64,000 nucleotides of DNA, from positions 5,750 through 69,749 of IMG/VR virus record IMGVR_UViG_3300027913_000117; one strand, 5' to 3'. The notes beneath the pieces were generated by a model. The model made no database searches and was not told where the DNA came from. It saw nothing but the letters and a program-made list of their open reading frames with translations. The first letter of the stretch is position 1; each line of letters starts with the position of its first letter. Shown here one piece after another: positions 52,370 to 60,856 of this stretch. The DNA is from a virus. Taxonomy: Duplodnaviria > Caudoviricetes. The position numbers were made by a program, and so were the translations under genes.

Positions 52370-52845
52370 GATAAAAGAGGTTTTGCGGTTTCAATTAAAT
52401 CACGGAAATTTTCTAAAAATTCATCTCGGATTTCTTCAGATTGGAAGGAAAGGAAAGTAGCAGTATAATACTGCGTACCAGTTACTAAAATATCTCCTTC
52501 AAATCTTAAAACATACTTATCTTGATAACGATTATCCCAATTCGGCTTCCACCCATTGCGATAAACCTCACGAAGTTGTGATAGTTGAGCCATTGCAATT
52601 GATGCTTCGGCAAGTTCTTTTGTGGCGAATGTGTTTTTATTATGTTCAAGTGTAGTGCAAACAGCTTCTCTAATAAAACTATCAGTTCCAACATAATACC
52701 CTTTAACCCTCTCCAACTCTTTCCACGTTTTCGGTAATGGCTTTTTGATTTCCTGAATTACAATTTTAACATCATTCTCTTTCAAGATGCTTTGCTCCAA
52801 GTCGACTTCGTGACCTGCTGGAATTTCAATGTTTAGTATTTTCAT
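52366..52845 (-). CDS. hypothetical protein
   Basis: 159 aa; AMAQLSQLR..Y..GW.P.W motif. Confidence 0.7.
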   Translation of the reverse strand: MKILNIEIPAGHEVDLEQSILKENDVKIVIQEIKKPLPKTWKELERVKGYYVGTDSFIREAVCTTLEHNKNTFATKELAEASIAMAQLSQLREVYRNGWKPNWDNRYQDKYVLRFEGDILVTGTQYYTATFLSFQSEEIRDEFLENFRDLIETAKPLLS

Positions 52846-53252
52846 AATGAATATTTTTCTTTAAACTTGTGTAAACCTACAAATTTCTCAACAATGGTTC
52901 CGTATCCGGGGTATAGTACGTCTTTTTCGTAACGAACTAACTCTTTTCTACCATTTGTGAAGGTGTGTGTAAAACCCTTATCGTGTAGCAACAACTGATC
53001 GTTGGGACTGATGTGTTCACACATCAGCAATGTGTCAAGTAAATGCTTGGATTTCGGAAAATTGTCGAGTTGGAACTCTGTTTCTAACAAGCCAACAGTC
53101 CAAGTACCTTTGTCGTCTGTAATCATAACGCAAAGATTATCAATCTGTTTACTAAAATAAGTGAAAGGTTCTCCTCCACTTTGTTCGGATGTGATGTCGT
53201 GTCTATCAAACTGATAAACGTCGACAATGTTTAAAATGATGTCTAAGTTCAT
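52842..53252 (-). CDS. hypothetical protein
   Basis: 136 aa. Confidence 0.65.
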   Translation of the reverse strand: MNLDIILNIVDVYQFDRHDITSEQSGGEPFTYFSKQIDNLCVMITDDKGTWTVGLLETEFQLDNFPKSKHLLDTLLMCEHISPNDQLLLHDKGFTHTFTNGRKELVRYEKDVLYPGYGTIVEKFVGLHKFKEKYSL

Positions 53253-53443
53253 GACTTTGGATATAGGTGTGATTTTAATTCTTTTCTGATGTGTATTTGA
53301 AATTCGTTGTAGTTTAATTCTTGATCTGGCTTAACTGTTTTAACAGTCTGAAAGTACTTAGGGGCCGAACTCGACCCCTTTTCCTCGCCCGGTAACCAGC
53401 CGGACTTATTAACCAATGAAAACAATGTGTGCAATTTAAGCAT
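53249..53443 (-). CDS. hypothetical protein
   Basis: 64 aa. Confidence 0.55.
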   Translation of the reverse strand: MLKLHTLFSLVNKSGWLPGEEKGSSSAPKYFQTVKTVKPDQELNYNEFQIHIRKELKSHLYPKS

Positions 53444-53454
53444 TTTATTTTGAT

Positions 53455-53976
53455 TTATTTGAAACTTTTGATAAGTTCGACGTATCCTCCCGCAGAAGCA
53501 TATCTCCCGTCTATGTTTTTAAGATATCTGTTTTGAATGTGGGTGTAACATTTTATATTGTCTCTATAAGAATGGTAGGTTGCGTGATCGTTCAACTCTC
53601 CTTTTACGTATTTGCATTTGTGGTATTTGATTCCTGCTAGATTTTTATTCTCTTTACAAACTTTGGATTGGTAATGAGATGACTCGATTTTAAACTGAGC
53701 AAGTGCAACACCGGGTAGAACACACCCTTCTTTGACTAACTCTCGAAGAATTGCGCTGTCGTTTAATGCAACGTCTGATTTGTCGATGATGAGTGTGTCG
53801 CGTGTCATAACCTGGATGATTGATCTTGGTCGTGTTAAACTTGTATACAAAGTTAATGACAATAAAATATTTAATGTCACACTAATGTAAATTAATTTCT
53901 TTAACCTCATGATGGGTTTTATCTTTCGGATCTGAGACCCCTGAAAGATTTGTAAGTCTTTGTCTATCAGTAACAT
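53455..53976 (-). CDS. GH73 glucosaminidase-like hydrolase with N-terminal membrane anchor
   Basis: LAQFKIES.......ENKNLAGIK...Y.SY.....Y..RYA....Y; hydrophobic LIYISVTLNILLSLTLY; likely start ATG 53910. Confidence 0.7.
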   Translation of the reverse strand: MLLIDKDLQIFQGSQIRKIKPIMRLKKLIYISVTLNILLSLTLYTSLTRPRSIIQVMTRDTLIIDKSDVALNDSAILRELVKEGCVLPGVALAQFKIESSHYQSKVCKENKNLAGIKYHKCKYVKGELNDHATYHSYRDNIKCYTHIQNRYLKNIDGRYASAGGYVELIKSFK

Positions 53977-53983
53977 AGTGTTT

Positions 53984-54397
53984 TTAATAAAGTGATAAAT
54001 CTGTTTCTTCTTTTTCGATCTCTACCTTAAGTCGTTTAACTAACTCGACTTCAAACTGAAACTTAGTACCATCTTTCCATTGGTGGAAGTTTCTGATCTG
54101 GTAATACATTGTGGCCGGTGAAATCTTTAGGATGGGATAAATATCCAAGGGATGAATACCACCAAAGTACATGAGGTAGATGATTACATTTCTAACTCTT
54201 CTACCATCTCTGGTGGATTTCAACTCCTTGAATTCTAACCCTGTGTAGTTAAGAGCCACATCTAATATTCTACTACGTCTTAAGTAGAACATGTTCTTCT
54301 TGAAATTTATTTTATGTGGAACTTTCTGGGTATTCATGTTGGGAACTTTTAGAATGGTTTGTTTGATCTGATTATTTATTACCGGACCCTCGAGCAT
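53984..54397 (-). CDS. HTH protein resembling DnaA domain IV
   Basis: R.RNVIIYLM...I...LKISPATMYY pattern. Confidence 0.45.
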   Translation of the reverse strand: MLEGPVINNQIKQTILKVPNMNTQKVPHKINFKKNMFYLRRSRILDVALNYTGLEFKELKSTRDGRRVRNVIIYLMYFGGIHPLDIYPILKISPATMYYQIRNFHQWKDGTKFQFEVELVKRLKVEIEKEETDLSLY

Positions 54398-54761
54398 TAA
54401 GGATCGAAATCTGTCTTAAATAAACTTCATCAGGGAGAACAGCAGAAGGATCACCTCCATGAATCATCATAGTGTGATATCCTGATATCTGAAGCATCGA
54501 TACAGGTCCAATGGTTTCTTCGCCACCGGGTAACGCATAACGCATACCTGCAAATACAAGACGTTCAATGTGAGTTTTGGCATCGCTGATAACCACATAG
54601 AAACATTTGTCTTCAAGCATAGTTACTCCTGGTCTAAGACGAGTACTAGCATCTTCTTTTTCTTTGTCCCAATTAAATCGATCATTTGGAAACTTTGTAA
54701 TTTCAACATCGGATTTGTACATCCGTTGGTTTGAATTGGAATGAACTAATGTAAATTTCAT
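54372..54761 (-). CDS. hypothetical protein
   Basis: 129 aa. Confidence 0.6.
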   Translation of the reverse strand: MKFTLVHSNSNQRMYKSDVEITKFPNDRFNWDKEKEDASTRLRPGVTMLEDKCFYVVISDAKTHIERLVFAGMRYALPGGEETIGPVSMLQISGYHTMMIHGGDPSAVLPDEVYLRQISILNARGSGNK

Positions 54762-54773
54762 AATTAAATATAT

Positions 54774-55043
54774 TTAGAATGGTTTGTTTGATACATCGAA
54801 TCTTGTCATGTCTTCAAGATAGTCTTCGAGTTTTTGATTAATGTATTCACAGATCAGGTCTTCAGCATAATCAAAGAAAGACTCAAGGATCATTTGTTTG
54901 TCAAGTTGTGTAATTGTTTTTAATTCATCACCTTGACCAATGGCTTTCATTCTTGCGTCGATGTCTTTGTCTGTCCACTGTAAGCAAGTAGGAAATACGT
55001 ATCCCTTTTCTTTTAGTTTGCTGATTAATGTTTCGGTTTTCAT
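54774..55043 (-). CDS. hypothetical protein
   Basis: 89 aa. Confidence 0.7.
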   Translation of the reverse strand: MKTETLISKLKEKGYVFPTCLQWTDKDIDARMKAIGQGDELKTITQLDKQMILESFFDYAEDLICEYINQKLEDYLEDMTRFDVSNKPF

Positions 55044-55300
55044 AACGTACCTCCGTATACTTTTCTAGTTAAAACTACTTCTTCGATGACATCGTATCGT
55101 GTCTCATCTCGTACATATTCTTCTTCTTCTGCACACAATAATGCGTGATCCATTTCTTCATCGTATACACATGGGTTGTCGAGAAGATAGTCTGCTATCT
55201 CATCTAATACCATAGGGCCACCGTTGACTTCGGGGTATGGAATTTCTACTACTGCTGTTTTAGTGTAATGTCTTGTGGTTGTTATTTTAATTGTGTTCAT
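55040..55300 (-). CDS. hypothetical acidic protein
   Basis: 86 aa. Confidence 0.7.
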   Translation of the reverse strand: MNTIKITTTRHYTKTAVVEIPYPEVNGGPMVLDEIADYLLDNPCVYDEEMDHALLCAEEEEYVRDETRYDVIEEVVLTRKVYGGTL

Positions 55301-55324
55301 TTGTAAATTTGATTAGGTTAATGA

Positions 55325-56029
55325 TTAATGTTCAAAGATAAGGATTGATTTCTGACCTTTACCTAGTATCCCACTACATAAGCCACACTTATTACATGAT
55401 GACTTATATCCCATTTCTTTGGAAGCAGGACAACTAATGATGTCAGAAGTTTTGGGGGTGTCAGAACCCCCCACTAAAAATGATCTGTACTCTGGAGCCA
55501 ACTCATCAGTAGAGTGAACACTCGCCATAAAGTAATTCAAATACTCTGGCTTCTTTCTAAACTGATGTGTATAACCGGTCCACGACTTAGCTCTACTACA
55601 AATCAATTTAACGAGTGCATAACTCAATAACGATGGCTCCCCATACGAACCAAAACGAACAAATCTTCCCTCACACATTTTGAGGATGTCAACATACATT
55701 CTCCAGTTGTGATCCGGAATGTCGTCAAACGTGTTGTACGTCTTACCAATAGAGCGAAGCTGACTGAGAAACCCACTGTATTGGATGTAACTATGGGTAT
55801 AACAGCCACCGTTTGCTCTCGATGACATCGGACAATCCATACACACTGGCTCATCATGAGAGAAGAATTCTTTCTGAGTAGTCTTCCGTTGTGCGACCTC
55901 GAACTGACCGCGTGAGTAGTGCCAGGTTTGTACAACACGTTCTCCATTAGAGATTTTCGAATTGGTTGTCTTTGATAGACCGATCACTGTCAGTACATCT
56001 CCCTGTTTGAATACAATTCTTCTTCTCAT
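55325..56029 (-). CDS. Cys-rich putative Fe-S/Zn protein (gp88-like)
   Basis: CMDCP...GCY, RFGSYGEP, WTGYTH, CPA...SCNKCGLC; 234 aa. Confidence 0.6.
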   Translation of the reverse strand: MRRRIVFKQGDVLTVIGLSKTTNSKISNGERVVQTWHYSRGQFEVAQRKTTQKEFFSHDEPVCMDCPMSSRANGGCYTHSYIQYSGFLSQLRSIGKTYNTFDDIPDHNWRMYVDILKMCEGRFVRFGSYGEPSLLSYALVKLICSRAKSWTGYTHQFRKKPEYLNYFMASVHSTDELAPEYRSFLVGGSDTPKTSDIISCPASKEMGYKSSCNKCGLCSGILGKGQKSILIFEH

Positions 56030-56132
56030 GTTCTTGGATTTCTTGTTTTAGATTTTCAATTTCGTTCTTTAATTCTTCGTTCTCAGTCTTGAGATTGTGA
56101 ATCATTTTGATAATTTCTTCTGGTAGTTGCAT
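55947..56132 (-). CDS. hypothetical coiled-coil protein
   Basis: 61 aa; 3' end overlaps next gene by 83 nt. Confidence 0.45.
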   Translation of the reverse strand: MQLPEEIIKMIHNLKTENEELKNEIENLKQEIQEHEKKNCIQTGRCTDSDRSIKDNQFENL

Positions 56133-56135
56133 GGT

Positions 56136-56393
56136 TTATTGATTTTCAATTCTTTGTTTCTTTATTAGTTCCGAGTAGGCTTGATCCATTTCAAACCAAT
56201 AGTCATGACCTTGTTTTGTTTTTATCCAAACGAAAGAACCCATTATATAATGTGGGTCATTAACATCCGACTCACCATCGGTGTACGTCTCTACTGGCTT
56301 TCTTCCTTGAGCCTCACATTCTTCAACGAACTTATCGAACAATCCTTCTTCGATAGATTCAAGGTTCTGTTTTAGTTTTTCTAGGTTAGTCAT
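56136..56393 (-). CDS. hypothetical protein
   Basis: 85 aa. Confidence 0.7.
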   Translation of the reverse strand: MTNLEKLKQNLESIEEGLFDKFVEECEAQGRKPVETYTDGESDVNDPHYIMGSFVWIKTKQGHDYWFEMDQAYSELIKKQRIENQ

Positions 56394-56397
56394 TTTA

Positions 56398-56631
56398 TTA
56401 AAGGTTTATATCTCTTTGATAGTCGTATTGGTCGTGATGTAATTGTTCTCTTTCTAGTTGAAGGAATGCTTCGAACTCTTTGATAACGTCTTCATCTCTT
56501 GGTTCAACTTCTACGTGGTACTTAATCACGTACTTATCGTCTCGTTTGTCAATGGATCCCATGTACAATATCTGATCGACAGTGTACTCAAACCAGTATC
56601 CGGGTTGGTGTGTTAGTTTATAGAATTTCAT
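56398..56631 (-). CDS. hypothetical protein
   Basis: 77 aa. Confidence 0.7.
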   Translation of the reverse strand: MKFYKLTHQPGYWFEYTVDQILYMGSIDKRDDKYVIKYHVEVEPRDEDVIKEFEAFLQLEREQLHHDQYDYQRDINL

Positions 56632-56644
56632 AGAATTTCATATT

Positions 56645-56941
56645 TTATAACTCTCTTAAAAAATCAATTATGTTATGTAAATGATTTAGTTGTTTCTGAT
56701 ACGCCTCAATAGATTCCTTGTCGTCTACAATATTGAGATTTAGTTTTAACTCATCGTATGCGTCAACAAGTGCGTCGTATTCATCAATAACGCCTTCGAC
56801 AATTTCAGTAACAAAACAACGTTGCTTCTCTGCTTGCCATCTAAGAGCAGGTAAACATGTCATGTAAACTTCCTCGTTAGGAAAGACAGCCACTAACTCT
56901 GAGTGACTGCCTGCGATTGATTGAAAATATACTTTGATCAT
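56645..56941 (-). CDS. hypothetical protein
   Basis: 98 aa. Confidence 0.7.
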   Translation of the reverse strand: MIKVYFQSIAGSHSELVAVFPNEEVYMTCLPALRWQAEKQRCFVTEIVEGVIDEYDALVDAYDELKLNLNIVDDKESIEAYQKQLNHLHNIIDFLREL

Positions 56942-56944
56942 GGT

Positions 56945-57622
56945 TTAATTTTTGTCGGGGGTTTCAGAATCTTCTTCTTCTCCATATAAGATAGAACTTA
57001 TCTCATCAGAACTATAAGTAATAGATGTATCTTCATAATCAACAGCAACTATATCGTCATACTCTAAACGATCTCTAAACTCATATTCGTCTTCGTACTC
57101 CTGAAGATACTCATGGATGAGACAATCTTCTCGTGTCTTGAATAATTTAGCATTGGTATATCCACCACGTGCATCACATCCCTGATGTATCTGCAAAAGT
57201 AGGTATTGTTCTCCGAATATTTCTAACCATTCACCCTGTAGGATCTGAGATAGGTCCGAATCTCCATTATATGTGTTGAATACACGTCCCCATACTATCT
57301 CGTGATTGTCTTCTAGGAATTCTTGCTGTGCTTTAGATATACCGCAATGCTCGCTGTCCCAATCCTCACAAGGCATTGAGTTGAATTGATCGCATAGATC
57401 GTCGAGTTCCAAGCCACTCAAGTAGTGAAACACGGATACTCTTCGGTCCATCCATTTGCCGTTTTTGTGCAGAATGTACTCTTCTTCTGGCTCGTTTTCG
57501 AAGTCCTGAATTGATTTCTTTTGATTGCGCTCCCAATGGCGACCATAAATGCCACCGCTGTCACAGATATGAGCACCGGTTGATTCTGTGAGCATTTGAT
57601 AAATAAGTTCTTTTGTTTTCAT
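56945..57622 (-). CDS. hypothetical acidic protein
   Basis: 225 aa; ESTG..ICDSGG.YGRHWE...NTYN.DSDLSQ.LQ...HQGCDARGGY. Confidence 0.8.
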   Translation of the reverse strand: MKTKELIYQMLTESTGAHICDSGGIYGRHWERNQKKSIQDFENEPEEEYILHKNGKWMDRRVSVFHYLSGLELDDLCDQFNSMPCEDWDSEHCGISKAQQEFLEDNHEIVWGRVFNTYNGDSDLSQILQGEWLEIFGEQYLLLQIHQGCDARGGYTNAKLFKTREDCLIHEYLQEYEDEYEFRDRLEYDDIVAVDYEDTSITYSSDEISSILYGEEEDSETPDKN

Positions 57623-57642
57623 GATTTTATTTTTAGTTGGTT

Positions 57643-57927
57643 TTAATCTTGAAATTCTGTGTAATAAATGTATCCTGTTTGAAAAGCGATAAACAATAAG
57701 TCTTCGTCGCTTTCTTCACCGTTTTTGACTCTGTCTATTGCTTTTTTGAAATTATCACGTTCCCATTCTTCTTCGATTGGACAGTTCTCATCAACGTTGT
57801 GTAAAATACTGTATTGAAGTAGTCGACATTGAGACAAGGTTGCTTCAAGAGTTGAGGTGTAAAATTCCCCGTCTTGCCAAACCCATCCCGAAGTTATTGG
57901 GTCTCCGGTTATACTACATGTTCTCAT
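57643..57927 (-). CDS. hypothetical protein
   Basis: 94 aa. Confidence 0.7.
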   Translation of the reverse strand: MRTCSITGDPITSGWVWQDGEFYTSTLEATLSQCRLLQYSILHNVDENCPIEEEWERDNFKKAIDRVKNGEESDEDLLFIAFQTGYIYYTEFQD

Positions 57928-58181
57928 ATCATGTTAATTTCTTCAACGTAAAATCTTTCAGCTTCGTAACCAAGTTCACCGAGCTTGTTTGCTATCGTAT
58001 TAATCAACTCATCCTCATTCTCGAAATCAATTTGGTATTCGTTCTGTGATACAGCTTGAACAGCAACATTCATATTGCTTTCCAGTTTTTGACGTTCCTC
58101 ATGTGATGCAGTCAAAGGTACTTCCACCTTTAATAAACCAACGTGTTCATAATCCCCGTCTAATAGTTGAAATATTTTCAT
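57924..58181 (-). CDS. hypothetical protein
   Basis: 85 aa. Confidence 0.7.
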   Translation of the reverse strand: MKIFQLLDGDYEHVGLLKVEVPLTASHEERQKLESNMNVAVQAVSQNEYQIDFENEDELINTIANKLGELGYEAERFYVEEINMI

Positions 58182-58202
58182 AGTTTTTAATTTTCGGTAG
58201 TT

Positions 58203-58433
58203 TTATTTAATATTTTCTAAAGGATAGGCGTTGAAAATTGATTGTTTATTTAATTCAAAATCGTAAAATTCCAACATATCAATTTCAGCATGTTCCGATG
58301 CTGCTTCTAATGCTGCTTGAACATGAAGTTTAGCAAACTCAATCATTATATGTTCAACATCTCTCTGATCCATGCTTTCTAGATTTTCATACATGAATTC
58401 TTCTGCTGTTGGTATTTTATTTTCTTTGTTCAT
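58203..58433 (-). CDS. hypothetical protein
   Basis: 76 aa; IEFAKLHVQAALEAA motif. Confidence 0.75.
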   Translation of the reverse strand: MNKENKIPTAEEFMYENLESMDQRDVEHIMIEFAKLHVQAALEAASEHAEIDMLEFYDFELNKQSIFNAYPLENIK

Positions 58434-58439
58434 GACTTA

Positions 58440-58781
58440 TTATTTATGGTCGATATGACTTAGACACATTATGTACCAATTTAAAAATTGATTGATTGCC
58501 TCTACTACTGCTTCTTTTTTGGAACCTCTCTTGATAGAACCTAACTCCATACTTGTTTTTCCATAGGTTTGTTCAATTACACAAGTATTTTTTCCAATCA
58601 AAACAACTATATCCATGTCCTCAATGGCTTCAACTACTTCCATGATCCAGGTCCAATCGGAATGGTACTGCATGGATTCAAGCGTACCTGCTTTTTTCAG
58701 GTCCTGTTCCAAAACTTCTGGCTCTGTTGTACAAAATAACGCACAGCGTCTGTTGTACTCTAAAATTTCTTGTTGTGTCAT
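58440..58781 (-). CDS. hypothetical protein
   Basis: 113 aa; YHSDW.WIM.VVE.IE motif. Confidence 0.75.
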   Translation of the reverse strand: MTQQEILEYNRRCALFCTTEPEVLEQDLKKAGTLESMQYHSDWTWIMEVVEAIEDMDIVVLIGKNTCVIEQTYGKTSMELGSIKRGSKKEAVVEAINQFLNWYIMCLSHIDHK

Positions 58782-59272
58782 TTGTTACCTCCTTGTAAAT
58801 AATTTTTAATTCTTTGTATCCATTTAAAATAATCTTGGGCGTGTTGATTATCTCCGTGAGTTTCTTTCACTTTTGCTTCAAAATCTAATAAACTACCTTG
58901 AAAACATCCACATACTATTTGCTCGTGTTCATCGGTAAAATAATAAGTTGAATTAGAATGTCGGCTACCAATTTTACGGGATGTAATCCTTTCTGGGTTT
59001 GTCTTAAAACCACTGCAAGAACGGCAATAACTGCAATAACTGCAATCACTGCAATAACTGCAATCACTGCAAGAACTGCAATCACTGCAATCACTGCAAG
59101 AACGGCAAGAACGGCAAGAACTGCAATAACTGCAATTTATACAGTTAGTACAATTAATTAGTGTATCTGCATACTTTTCCGCTTGTTCTTTTGTGTAAAT
59201 TAATGAATCCCATTTATTTGTTTCAATCACCCAATATCCATCGAGTAATTGTGCTTGTTTCTTGTTGCTCAT
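58778..59272 (-). CDS. (Cys-X-X)16 repeat protein with C-terminal CGCF domain
   Basis: CTNCINCSYCSS...CSG followed by IGSR....Y...IVCGCFQG...TH. Confidence 0.75.
   Translation of the reverse strand: MSNKKQAQLLDGYWVIETNKWDSLIYTKEQAEKYADTLINCTNCINCSYCSSCRSCRSCSDCSDCSSCSDCSYCSDCSYCSYCRSCSGFKTNPERITSRKIGSRHSNSTYYFTDEHEQIVCGCFQGSLLDFEAKVKETHGDNQHAQDYFKWIQRIKNYLQGGNK
59012..59137. repeat. 9-nt coding tandem repeat (14 near-identical units)
   Basis: ac(t/g)gcaa(ta/tc/ga) units. Confidence 0.9.
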
Positions 59273-59285
59273 TTGTTATCTCCTT

Positions 59286-59573
59286 TTAGTTTAAGTATTT
59301 TTTAATTTCTTCGATTACTTCCCACAATGTGTTGAAAGCATAAATGTCTTGATTGATTTTCATTAGGTAATTGTCTTCGCCTTCTTCATAACCAAATGGA
59401 AGGTAAAGCACGAACCGGAAGTCGTTGTCGATGAGTGTGCAGTACAACGAAGGTCTGCCGTCGTTTACATAAGTGACGTTGTCGACCTCGATAGAAAATT
59501 CGTATTCGAGAATTGATGACACAAGTTCTACGTTTTGTTTCCAATAGAACTCTTTAATTTCAGGATAGTTCAT
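59286..59573 (-). CDS. hypothetical protein
   Basis: 95 aa. Confidence 0.7.
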   Translation of the reverse strand: MNYPEIKEFYWKQNVELVSSILEYEFSIEVDNVTYVNDGRPSLYCTLIDNDFRFVLYLPFGYEEGEDNYLMKINQDIYAFNTLWEVIEEIKKYLN

Positions 59574-59757
59574 AATTTTTTGTTTTCCAAATGATTAAAT
59601 GTTTGCCACCACGAGGACCATAATGAATATGTTCGTATCGTTGTAGTTTCTCGTTAAAGTAGAGTTCACCTTGAACCCAAAACATCTGTCCTTTAAAATA
59701 ATAATCAAAGTACCCACTTCGTAGGTTCATTGATTCGCCATTAATAAGTTTAGCCAT
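59560..59757 (-). CDS. hypothetical protein
   Basis: 65 aa; GPRGG motif. Confidence 0.65.
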   Translation of the reverse strand: MAKLINGESMNLRSGYFDYYFKGQMFWVQGELYFNEKLQRYEHIHYGPRGGKHLIIWKTKNYELS

Positions 59758-59772
59758 AGGTTTTATATTTTA

Positions 59773-59791
59773 GTGGGGGTCTCAGAACCCA
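59773..59791 (+). repeat. dispersed GTGGGGGTCTCAGAACCCA element at gene junction
   Basis: Contains the TGA stop of ORF 59782-60192; near-identical copies at 61422, 63011, 63794. Confidence 0.9.
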
Positions 59792-60192
59792 ATGTCATTA
59801 GTCCAAACATCTCCCAATTCATCAAAACGTTTAATAGAAAGTAAATACTTACTCTTATCATAGTAAGGAATCTTAAAGGGAACAACATTAACATACTTCA
59901 TCTCAGATCTCTTGAGTGCATTATACCGGATGATATCCGCTTGTCTCCTGGTCTCACACTGAATGATGAGTTTGTTTATCTTACCCTCAGCACATCCCCA
60001 ACCAGACATAAATCTATCTGTCATAGTAACGTACCAATAGTCTTGCTGAACTTTTTCTATTGCGGACTCAGGACATGATTCAGAATTACAAATCATTTCT
60101 ACGGCTCCCGAGTAATTAGGTGCATACACTGAGATAGTCTTTCTACCTTTGTCGTGTTTGACTGTTACTGAATACTTTTTTGAATTGTACAT
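59782..60192 (-). CDS. hypothetical protein
   Basis: 136 aa; YVTMTDRFMSGWG.A.GKINK motif. Confidence 0.75.
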   Translation of the reverse strand: MYNSKKYSVTVKHDKGRKTISVYAPNYSGAVEMICNSESCPESAIEKVQQDYWYVTMTDRFMSGWGCAEGKINKLIIQCETRRQADIIRYNALKRSEMKYVNVVPFKIPYYDKSKYLLSIKRFDELGDVWTNDIGF

Positions 60193-60196
60193 GATT

Positions 60197-60853
60197 TTAT
60201 TTAAGTGTTGTTAAATATGCTATGTGTGCTCTTATTACTGCTTCTATTTGCTTAAATTCTGGTGTGTTACGTGGGGTTTCAATCACCTCATCTGAATTTA
60301 AAAACGCTTCCCATTCTTCGATTGTTTTTACTTTACAACCTATTTTAATTTTGCCGTCAATTATTCCGTGAGACCATTTGCAATACATTGGTAATATTGC
60401 ACTTCTTAGGTTTGCACCGCTTAGGTTTGCATCGCTTAGGTTTGCATCGCTTAGGTTTGCACTTCTTAGGTCTGCACTTCTTAGGTTTGCACCGCTTAGG
60501 TTTGCATCGCTTAGGTTTGCATCGCTTAGGTTTGCATCGCTTAGGTTTGCATCGCTTAGGTTTGCACTTCTTAGGTCTGCACTTCTTAGGTTTGCACCGC
60601 TTAGGTTTGCATCGCTTAGGTTTGCATCGCTTAGGTTTGCACTTCTTAGGTTTGCATAGATTAGGTCTGCTCCGATTAGGTTTGCACCGCTTAAGATTGC
60701 GTCGATTAGGTCTGCACCTCTTAGGTTGGCTCCGCTTAGCTTTGCATCGCTTAGGTTTGCACCGCTTAGGTCTGCACGTTGCCCACCTTCTTCTTCTTCA
60801 TTTAACCACATGTTATGCAGTTTTAAAATTTCGTCAAGTTTTAGTTTTTCCAT
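60197..60853 (-). CDS. pentapeptide repeat protein (A[D/N]Lxx) with C-terminal IGC domain
   Basis: About 25 ANLSD/ANLRS/ADLRS units, then KIGC..KTIEEW. Confidence 0.9.
   Translation of the reverse strand: MEKLKLDEILKLHNMWLNEEEEGGQRADLSGANLSDAKLSGANLRGADLIDAILSGANLIGADLIYANLRSANLSDANLSDANLSGANLRSADLRSANLSDANLSDANLSDANLSDANLSGANLRSADLRSANLSDANLSDANLSGANLRSAILPMYCKWSHGIIDGKIKIGCKVKTIEEWEAFLNSDEVIETPRNTPEFKQIEAVIRAHIAYLTTLK
60405..60775. repeat. 15-nt coding tandem repeat with higher-order duplication
   Basis: gcttaggtttgcatc / tcttaggtttgcact / gcttaggtttgcacc units. Confidence 0.9.
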
Positions 60854-60856
60854 GAT

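Noticed and set aside
60378-60855. Plus-strand ORFs with LRFAS / LHRLG repeats, and 58958-59161 TAITAI ORF
   Set aside because: Antisense shadows of the pentapeptide and Cys-repeat genes.
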